Origin: a bacterium
GTDB taxonomy: Bacteria; JADJOY01
Direction of reading: 5' to 3'
DNA: 37,627 nucleotides
Assembly: GCA_046331705.1 (NCBI GenBank)
Contig: JAXLQJ010000068.1
Span: 1-37,627 of the forward strand
Below the pieces are notes generated by a model, which was given only the letters and a program-made list of their open reading frames with translations, ran no database searches and was not told the DNA's origin. How positions within the stretch are numbered: position 1 is the first letter of the stretch; every line of letters starts with the position of its first letter. Positions 17,804 to 24,603 of this stretch are shown piece by piece. A program made the translations under genes and the position numbers.

Positions 17804-17849
17804 ACAGGAGAGGTTCACACTTGACGGACGGGGGCCTTATAGGAGTTGG
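17804..17849 (+). repeat. 46-bp direct repeat, copy 2
   Basis: ACAGGAGAGGTTCACACTTGACGGACGGGGGCCTTATAGGAGTTGG. Confidence 0.9.
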
Positions 17850-17894
17850 AGCGCTCTCCCGCAACCACGGGACGTTGGCTGCTGGGGCAGCGAG

Positions 17895-18569
17895 TCATGT
17901 TTCGTCAGACCCTATTGCATCCGCAACGTTCCGAAGCTCGCTCTGCACCGCGATTCTTGAGTTCCAAGCGCGAGCGGCGTCGGGGGTGTTGCCTTGGCTG
18001 CGTAGGAAGAGTCGGCGCGCTTCCGCCAGGCAGGCACGGGCGGGGACGAGTTCTTGCGCCTGCCCCCAGTAGGCGGCCTTCCGCTCCCAGGTGCCCCATT
18101 CAAGCCAGTCGGTTGCGGTCCAACCGGAACCCGCGTCTGCAGTGGCCGCCTCCCACCATCTGAAAGCACGCTCCCAGTCTCCCAATTCTTCGTAAAGATT
18201 ACCTATCACAGCTTTGTATTCGGGAGATGCTGGGTGAGTTGCAGCGATCGCCTCCATTCGCCCGACGGCCCCTTCGGCATTGCCGAGACGGGCGAGGAGG
18301 CTTCCAAGAAGGTAGACGTCGACAGGGCCAGATGCCCCCCGTGCGGTCAATTCTTCGATGGCTGCCAGTGCCAGTCTGCTTAGGTCAGCATTTTCCGTCA
18401 TGGTCGCAGAAGTGGCGACGTCCCAAGCGAACGTACGAAGATCCGCGACATCCAGCGCTGACACGGCGATCTGAGAAATCATCCGAACCGCCTCGTCGAG
18501 CAGGTGACGCCTGCGCCGAGACCGGGCTCGGCAGAGGAATTTCAGGGCCTCCGCTGTCTGGCTATCCAT
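17895..18569 (-). CDS. TPR-like helical repeat hypothetical protein
   Basis: VYLLGSLLARLGNAEGA...HPASPEYKAVIGNLYEELGDWERAFRWWEAA fits a TPR pattern. Lower-GC codon usage. Confidence 0.7.
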   Translation of the reverse strand: MDSQTAEALKFLCRARSRRRRHLLDEAVRMISQIAVSALDVADLRTFAWDVATSATMTENADLSRLALAAIEELTARGASGPVDVYLLGSLLARLGNAEGAVGRMEAIAATHPASPEYKAVIGNLYEELGDWERAFRWWEAATADAGSGWTATDWLEWGTWERKAAYWGQAQELVPARACLAEARRLFLRSQGNTPDAARAWNSRIAVQSELRNVADAIGSDET

Positions 18570-18997
18570 CGAGATTCAGCCTGCCGCTGGCCCTGGTCAG
18601 CGATCAGCCAGCTCCAACCCTGTTGTTCGACGGAACTCGATAGTCCGGGGTTACGCTGCGTGCTCGCGGGCTAACTGGGTGGTGGCACCATCGAGCTGGC
18701 CGAGGATTCGTTCGCCGACGCCACGTTACGCCGGAGCCGATCCGAGGACAACCCCGCTATCTGGGCGAGGATAGTTGAGGGTGTGCGAGTGGGGCGGGGC
18801 GCCACCGCGAGCGCACGACCACCTCGCCGGGCGCGCGGCTGGTGCTCGCACGCGGCACCCTCCACCGAACGGTGTGAGGGGGATCTCGCTCGGCTGGCGT
18901 CGGCCGAGTTGCGCGTCGTGGATGGTGGCTCGTACGCGCGAGCCGGCTTGCACGCGACGATTCGAGCCGATGCCTGGGCACCGGGCTTGCCGGGTGC

Positions 18998-20074
18998 TCA
19001 CGGCACGAAGGCTAGGAACAGGTAGGACGCGAAGAGCACCAGGTGTACGGCGCCTTGCATCACGTACGTGCGGCCGGTGGTGAGGGTGACGGCGCTCACC
19101 AGGAAGGTGATGGCGAGCAGGACCATGTCCTTGGGTGCGACGCCGAGCACCAACGGCAGGTTGAAGAGGATCGAAGCGGTCACGACGACGGGCACGGTGA
19201 GGCCCACGCACGCGAGGGCCGAGCCGATGGCGAGGTTCATGCTGGACTGCAGCCGGTTGGCGCGCGCGGCGCGCACCGCGGCCCAGGTTTCCGGCAGGAG
19301 CACGAGCGCGGCGATGATGATGCCGACCACGGCGCGAGGGGCGTCGGCGGCGGCTACCGCGCTCTCGATGGTGGGCGAGAGTTTCTTCGCGAGGCCGACT
19401 ACGGTCACCAGCGCGAGCAGCAGCAGTCCGAAGCTCGCCCAGGCCTGGGCGTTGGTGGGAGGCGCGGCGTGGTGCTCGTCGCCGTCCTCGCTTGCGGGAA
19501 TGAAGTAGTCGCGGTGGCGCACGGTCTGGCTGAACACGAAGATCGCCCACAGCGCCGCCGACGCCACCGCCACGAACGCGCGCTGCGAGACGCTGTACGT
19601 GGGCCCCGGCGAGGTGATCGTGAACGCCGGCAGCACCAAGGTGAGCGTGGCCATGACCATGAGCGCGGCGAGCCCGGCGCCGGCGCCTTCGACGCGGAAC
19701 GTCTGCTCGCGGTGCGCGAGCCCGCCCACCCACACGCAGAGCCCCACCACGCCGGTCGAGATCAGCATCACAGCGGCGTAGATCGCATCGCGCGGCAAGG
19801 TGGCCATGTCGTCGCCACCGGCGAGCATCATCGAGAGGATGAGTGCCGTCTCGATGGCGGTGACGGCGAGCGCCAGCACCAGCGTGCCGAACGGCTCGCC
19901 CACGCGGTGGGCGACCACCTCGGCGTGATGGACCGCGGCGAACACGGCGCCCGCGAGGGCTGCACCGCACACCACCGCCAGCCACGGCGCCATGCCGATC
20001 GCCGCGGCAGCGCCGAACGCGGCGAGGGCGAGCACGGGGAGGAGCCAAGTCCAGAGAGGCATCGTCGTTCCCAT
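18998..20074 (-). CDS. chaA: Ca2+/H+ (Na+/H+) antiporter, CaCA family, ChaA-like
   Basis: AVHHAEVVAHRVGEPFGTLVLALAVTAIE, VLLPE..AAVRAARANRLQSSMNLAIGSALACVGLTVP and QGAVHLVLF motifs. Confidence 0.92.
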   Translation of the reverse strand: MGTTMPLWTWLLPVLALAAFGAAAAIGMAPWLAVVCGAALAGAVFAAVHHAEVVAHRVGEPFGTLVLALAVTAIETALILSMMLAGGDDMATLPRDAIYAAVMLISTGVVGLCVWVGGLAHREQTFRVEGAGAGLAALMVMATLTLVLPAFTITSPGPTYSVSQRAFVAVASAALWAIFVFSQTVRHRDYFIPASEDGDEHHAAPPTNAQAWASFGLLLLALVTVVGLAKKLSPTIESAVAAADAPRAVVGIIIAALVLLPETWAAVRAARANRLQSSMNLAIGSALACVGLTVPVVVTASILFNLPLVLGVAPKDMVLLAITFLVSAVTLTTGRTYVMQGAVHLVLFASYLFLAFVP

Positions 20075-20150
20075 CCGGGCGGGAAAGGCCCCACGCGGGT
20101 CCACTCAGAGTGGCAGTGAATTGCGCCGAGCAGAACCGCCCGGCACCCGC

Positions 20151-20657
20151 TCAGCAGGCGCTGCAGCGGCCTTGAAGCAGAACCTGGGAGACGTCGGCGA
20201 TGGGCGGGCGCGGTGAGCCGGCGCGCGGCGAGATGCGCACGTCCACGTCCGGCAGGCACGTGAGCGCGCCGCAATCGGTGCACACGAAGTGGGGATGGCC
20301 GGGCTCGCGGGCGGCGACTCGCTCCGTCTCACCCGCGGCCGAGCCGGGCTCGAAGCGCCAGGTGTGATCGCCGACGTCGATGCGCCGAAGCAGCCCTGCC
20401 TCGGTGAGATCGATCAGGTTTCGGTAGAGCGTCGCGCGATCGAAGCCGCGCCCGCTCAGCGCGTCCACCAGCTCGCCGTGACTGAGCGGCGAGGTCGAGT
20501 GGCGCAGCGCGCTCAGCACGGCGAGCCGCGATGGTGTGCTGCGCAACCCCGCACGATGAAGCTCCGCGCGGATCCGCGCGACATCGACGTCGCTCGGATC
20601 GTGCTCGGCTCCAGCGGATCGCTCGCGGCGCGTGGCGGATCGGATCGACGATCGCAT
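20151..20657 (-). CDS. Fur-family transcriptional regulator (Fur/Zur-like)
   Basis: GLRSTPSRLAVL, DRATLYRNL, HPHFVCTDCG and a C-terminal GRCSAC (two CxxC). Start approximate. Confidence 0.92.
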   Translation of the reverse strand: MRSSIRSATRRERSAGAEHDPSDVDVARIRAELHRAGLRSTPSRLAVLSALRHSTSPLSHGELVDALSGRGFDRATLYRNLIDLTEAGLLRRIDVGDHTWRFEPGSAAGETERVAAREPGHPHFVCTDCGALTCLPDVDVRISPRAGSPRPPIADVSQVLLQGRCSAC

Positions 20658-20836
20658 CGGGTGGACACGCACGGCTCGGGGAGGGGAACGGGCCGATGGT
20701 AGCACGCGCATTTCACGCGCCGGAGCCGCGCGGCGCGCTGCGTGCGGTGGGGCGCGCGGCAACGTGAAGCTAGCCGGAGGCGCCGGCTCTAGGTTAGAGA
20801 TCTCGGGCCACGCGATCTCGGCTTGGCGCGGTGACC

Positions 20837-21208
20837 ATGCGCATTCCACCGATGCTCCGGCGCACCTTCTCGCTTCGTCGTGGCCTCGCGCTCTCGCTCG
20901 CGGCGGTGCTGGCGGCGTGGGCGAATCTCGACCTCCTCGCGTTTCACGGGCTTCGCGCCGCGGGCGGCGCGTCGATCGTCGCTCCACACGCGGCCGGCAT
21001 CTTGGCCACCGGCGACGCAGCCGCGCCGCGCGTCGGTCACGAAGCGAGCCACCAGTGCGCCTTCACGTCGGTTGCGCACACCACACAGACCGCACCGCTG
21101 GGTTCGCAGGTCGCGCCGCTCGTCACCACCGAGCGCACCGCGTTCGACCTCGTCCTTCCCCGTCTCGTCCCCGGGCGCACCGCCTCCGGGCTCGCTCCTC
21201 CGGTCTGA
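20837..21208 (+). CDS. DUF2946/CutF/CruR-like exported leader protein ending in xAPP
   Basis: Signal-like N-terminus (RRGLALSLAAVLAAWA), His/Cys patch HEASHQCAFT, and C-terminus ASGLAPPV followed by stop. First gene of the metal uptake operon. Start 20837 or 20852. Confidence 0.65.
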   Translation: MRIPPMLRRTFSLRRGLALSLAAVLAAWANLDLLAFHGLRAAGGASIVAPHAAGILATGDAAAPRVGHEASHQCAFTSVAHTTQTAPLGSQVAPLVTTERTAFDLVLPRLVPGRTASGLAPPV

Positions 21209-21319
21209 TCTCGGCGCTCGTGCGCCGCGTGCTCTCGCCAGCGCCATGTCGGCGCCGGTGACGCGCGGCTGAATTCCGAGATCCGCGCGGCTCGCGTCGC
21301 CACGGCGACGCGGGCGGCG

Positions 21320-21355
21320 CTCGTCGCGACGTGCCATCCAGCACGTCGCGGGAGG
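21320..21355 (+). promoter_or_regulatory. Stem-loop abutting or occluding the Shine-Dalgarno of the outer-membrane receptor gene
   Basis: CGCGACGTGC-CATCCA-GCACGTCGCG is a perfect 10-bp stem (21325-21350) immediately followed by GGAGG (21351-21355). Confidence 0.6.
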
Positions 21356-21363
21356 ACGCATCC

Positions 21364-22641
21364 ATGAAGGTCGCGCTTCGCAGCGCTTCGCCTGCGCTTC
21401 TCGCGCTCGCGTGCTTCGCAGTCTCGATCCAAGCCTCCGCCCAGGACGCCTCGACGTCCTCCGGTGGTGGTGGATCCACCTGGACCCAGCCCATCCGCGT
21501 GGCCGGCGCCGGTCCCGCATACCTGAACCTCTCCCTCGACGCGCTCTTCGCCGCCGGCACGTCGAGCGAGAAGGACGTCACGTCGCTCGAGATCGGCGGC
21601 CACGATCCAAGCCAACGCGGCTTCACCATCGAGAACGTCGAGGCGGTCTTCGATGGCGCGATCGATCCCTACTTCAAAGGGACCGCCAACATCGTCTTCC
21701 AGCTCACCCCCGAGGGTGAAACCAACGTCGAGCTGGAGGAGGCGTACCTCGTCACGCAGTCGCTGCCCGCCGACCTCCAGGTCAAGGCCGGCCAGTACTT
21801 CACCGAGTTCGGGCGGCTCAACAACCGCCACCCGCACCAGTGGGACTTCGTCGACATCCCGCTCGTCAACGGCCGGCTGCTCGGCGGCGACGGGCTGCGC
21901 GGGCCCGGCGCGCGGGCGTCGTGGCTCATGCCGCTGCCCTTCTATTCCGAGCTGATCGTGGGCGTGCAGAACAGCCAGGGCGAGACCGCGGCGAGCTTTC
22001 GCAACGAGAACGAGGGCGAACCGCTCTTCGGCCGCGTGCCCGAGGACCGCGGCGTCGACGACCTCGGCGACATGCTCTGGAGTGGCCGCTGGTCGAGCTC
22101 GTTCGACGTTGCCGACGATCAAACGCTCGTGCTCGGGCTTTCGGGTGTGACTGGCCCCAACGCCACCGGCGCCAACACCCACACCCAGATCTACGGCACC
22201 GACCTCTACTGGAAGTGGAAGTCGCCGCGCGCCGAGCAGGGCTTTCCGTTCGCGTCGTTCACCACCGAGCTGATGTACCGGCGCTACCAAGCAGGCGCGT
22301 TCGAGGGTGAGTCCGAGAACCCCGACGAGCCGCCGCTGCTGCTGCCTCACGAGACGCTCGAGGACTGGGGGCTCTACGCGCAGGCGCTCTACGGCTTCAC
22401 CCGCGGCTGGGTCGCGGGGCTGCGCGGTGACTTCGTGGACGGCGAGACGGGCGCATTCGATCCCGATCCGGATCGTTCCCAACGAGTGCGGCTCTCGCCG
22501 GTGCTCACCTGGTATCCGAGCGAGTTCTCGAAGCTCAGGCTCCAGTACAACCTCGATCGCGTCGAGGACCGGGCGTACGACCACTCGATCTGGCTGCAGG
22601 CCGAGTTCCTGATCGGCAGCCACGGCGCGCACAGCTTCTGA
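21364..22641 (+). CDS. Outer-membrane beta-barrel metal-uptake protein (zinc-regulated porin/receptor type)
   Basis: Signal peptide, GGHDP..RGF, AIDPYF, ELEEAY, EFGRLNNRHPHQWDFVD, WYPSEFSKLRLQY, and C-terminal GSHGAHSF. Confidence 0.85.
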   Translation: MKVALRSASPALLALACFAVSIQASAQDASTSSGGGGSTWTQPIRVAGAGPAYLNLSLDALFAAGTSSEKDVTSLEIGGHDPSQRGFTIENVEAVFDGAIDPYFKGTANIVFQLTPEGETNVELEEAYLVTQSLPADLQVKAGQYFTEFGRLNNRHPHQWDFVDIPLVNGRLLGGDGLRGPGARASWLMPLPFYSELIVGVQNSQGETAASFRNENEGEPLFGRVPEDRGVDDLGDMLWSGRWSSSFDVADDQTLVLGLSGVTGPNATGANTHTQIYGTDLYWKWKSPRAEQGFPFASFTTELMYRRYQAGAFEGESENPDEPPLLLPHETLEDWGLYAQALYGFTRGWVAGLRGDFVDGETGAFDPDPDRSQRVRLSPVLTWYPSEFSKLRLQYNLDRVEDRAYDHSIWLQAEFLIGSHGAHSF

Positions 22642-22695
22642 CTTCCGACTTCTCGGGCGGCGCCGCCTCGCGCGCGCGCCGCGGGAGACTTCTCC

Positions 22696-23664
22696 ATGAA
22701 ACGAACCGGAAACCTTTCACGATCACTCGAGGCGTTGCTCGCGCTGAGCGCCGCGCTCTTTCTTGCATCCGCGTCGCGCGCCGCCGAGCTGCGCGTGGTC
22801 GCCTCCACTCCCGATCTCGGGGCGATCGCCAAGGCCGTCGGTGGTGATCGCGTGGACGTGACCTCGATCGCGCGCGGCACCGAGGACCCGCACTTCGTCG
22901 ACCCCAAGCCGAGCCACGTGGTGAGCCTCAACCGCGCCGACGCGCTCGTCGAGGGCGGCGCCGAGCTCGAGGTGGGCTGGTTGCCCAAGCTCGTCGAGTC
23001 GTCGCGTAACTCGAAGCTCGCGAGCGGCGCGCCCGGGCGGATCGTGGCCAACGCGGGCGTCCAGCTCCTCGAGATCCCGACCGGGCCGATCGATCGCTCG
23101 ATGGGCGACGTCCATCCCGGCGGCAACCCGCACTACCTGCTCGATCCGCGGAACGCCCTGATCGTCGCGGGCACGCTCGCCGAGCGCTTCGCCACGCTCG
23201 ACGCCAGCGGCGCCGAGACCTACCGCGCCAACGCCGCCGCGTTCACGTCCGATCTCACGAGCCGGATCCAGGGCTGGGAGGCGCGGCTCGCGAGCCTGCG
23301 CGGCGCGAAGGTGGTCGAGTACCACAAGCTCTTCGAGTACCTGGCCCACTGGCTCGGTCTCGACATCGTGGGCCAGGTCGAGCCCAAGCCGGGAATCCCG
23401 CCCAATCCGCAGCACGTCGCCGCGCTCGAGGAAAAGATGCGCGCCGAGAAGGTACCCGTGCTCCTCGCCACGACGTACCACCCCGCCGAGGTCACGGCCG
23501 AGATCGCGCACCGCACGGGCGCGGCGGTTGCCACGATTCCCACCTCGGTGGGCGATGGCGAGGGCAACACCACCTACGCCGCGATGATGGAGCAGATCGT
23601 GGCGACACTCGCCAAGGCGGCGGCCGCGGGCGGCGCCTCCGCCACCGGCAACGAGGGTCACTGA
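22696..23664 (+). CDS. Metal (Zn/Mn) ABC transporter substrate-binding protein, cluster A-I
   Basis: VVAST.DL..IA..VGGD.V, EDPHF, GDVHPGGNPHYLLDP, YHKLFEYL and EPKPGIPP motifs. Confidence 0.93.
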   Translation: MKRTGNLSRSLEALLALSAALFLASASRAAELRVVASTPDLGAIAKAVGGDRVDVTSIARGTEDPHFVDPKPSHVVSLNRADALVEGGAELEVGWLPKLVESSRNSKLASGAPGRIVANAGVQLLEIPTGPIDRSMGDVHPGGNPHYLLDPRNALIVAGTLAERFATLDASGAETYRANAAAFTSDLTSRIQGWEARLASLRGAKVVEYHKLFEYLAHWLGLDIVGQVEPKPGIPPNPQHVAALEEKMRAEKVPVLLATTYHPAEVTAEIAHRTGAAVATIPTSVGDGEGNTTYAAMMEQIVATLAKAAAAGGASATGNEGH

Positions 23665-23665
23665 C

Positions 23666-24487
23666 ATGGAACTTCTCCACGTGATGACGCTGCCGTTCCT
23701 ATCGTGCCTGGTGCTGGTCGGCATCCATGGCTACCTGGGGCTTCACATCCTCGCGCGCGGCGTCATCTTCGTGGACCTGGCGCTCGCGCAGATCGCGGCG
23801 CTGGGAGCGGTGCTGGCGCTGGTGGTGGGTCTCGACCACGAGGGGCCGTGGGCGTACTGGTTCTCGGTCGCCTTCACGCTCGCGGGGGCCGCGATGTTCG
23901 CGTTCACCCGCACCCGCCGCCAGCGCATTCCGCAGGAGGCGCTGATCGGCATCACCTACGCGGTCGCCGCGGCGGCCGGCGTGATCGCCCTCGACAAGGC
24001 GCCGCACGGCGCCGAGGAGCTGAAGGAGATGCTCACCGGCGCGATCCTGTGGGTGAACGCCAAGACGGTGCTGCACTCGGCGGCGGTCTACGCGCTCATG
24101 GGGCTCGTCCACTGGGTGTTCCGCGACAAGTTCGTGGCGATCTCGTTCGAGCCCGAGCGCGCCATCGCCGACGGGATCTCGGTGCGGTTCTGGGACTTCG
24201 TCTTCTACGCGACCTTCGGGATCATCATCACGATCTCGGTGCCGGTGGCGGGCGTGCTGCTGGTGTTCACGTTCTTGATCGTCCCCGCGGTGGCGTCCGC
24301 GCTGCTGGTGAGCGGGCTGCGCGCGCGCATGGCGGTCGCGTACGGGATCGGGATGGTGGGGAGCGTGATCGGCTGCATCGCGAGCTACACGCTGGATCTA
24401 CCCACCGGCGCCGCGGTGGTGGTGGTGTTCGGGGCGCTCTTGGCGGCGATCGCGGTGCTGTCGCGGCTGCGGCCCGCGCGTGCATGA
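23666..24487 (+). CDS. Metal ABC transporter permease (ABC-3/ZnuB-like)
   Basis: YLGLHILARGVIFVDLALAQIAALG, QEALIGITY, GVLLVFTFLIVPA and DLPTGA motifs. 1-bp gap from the SBP gene. Confidence 0.93.
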   Translation: MELLHVMTLPFLSCLVLVGIHGYLGLHILARGVIFVDLALAQIAALGAVLALVVGLDHEGPWAYWFSVAFTLAGAAMFAFTRTRRQRIPQEALIGITYAVAAAAGVIALDKAPHGAEELKEMLTGAILWVNAKTVLHSAAVYALMGLVHWVFRDKFVAISFEPERAIADGISVRFWDFVFYATFGIIITISVPVAGVLLVFTFLIVPAVASALLVSGLRARMAVAYGIGMVGSVIGCIASYTLDLPTGAAVVVVFGALLAAIAVLSRLRPARA

Positions 24488-24603
24488 ATTTCCGTGGCGC
24501 CCAAGTCGTCGATGAGAAGGTGCGACGAGCGCTCGGCTCACCCACCGGGTCACGATTTGCGCCATCCTGTTCCGACCTCCGCACGCACTCCACGGGACCA
24601 TCC

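Noticed and set aside
17183-17849. Direct repeats read as a CRISPR array or sigma-70 promoters (TTGACG...TATAGG)
   Set aside because: Only two copies with a 575-bp coding spacer and no cas genes. The hexamer spacing is 11 bp rather than about 17.
18612-18731. Possible complete attC sites (CCAAC...GTTACGC and CTAAC...GTTACGC)
   Set aside because: The arms do not pair convincingly by eye, so they are not called without a covariance-model hit.
20658-20836. Zur/Fur box between the regulator and the metal uptake operon
   Set aside because: No AT-rich palindrome resembling a Fur or Zur box is visible.
23704-24603. N-terminal extension of the 1228-aa ORF, suggesting a giant fusion
   Set aside because: It overlaps the permease in another frame and is Arg/Gly/Ala-rich noise. 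The M16 signal peptide starts at 24604.
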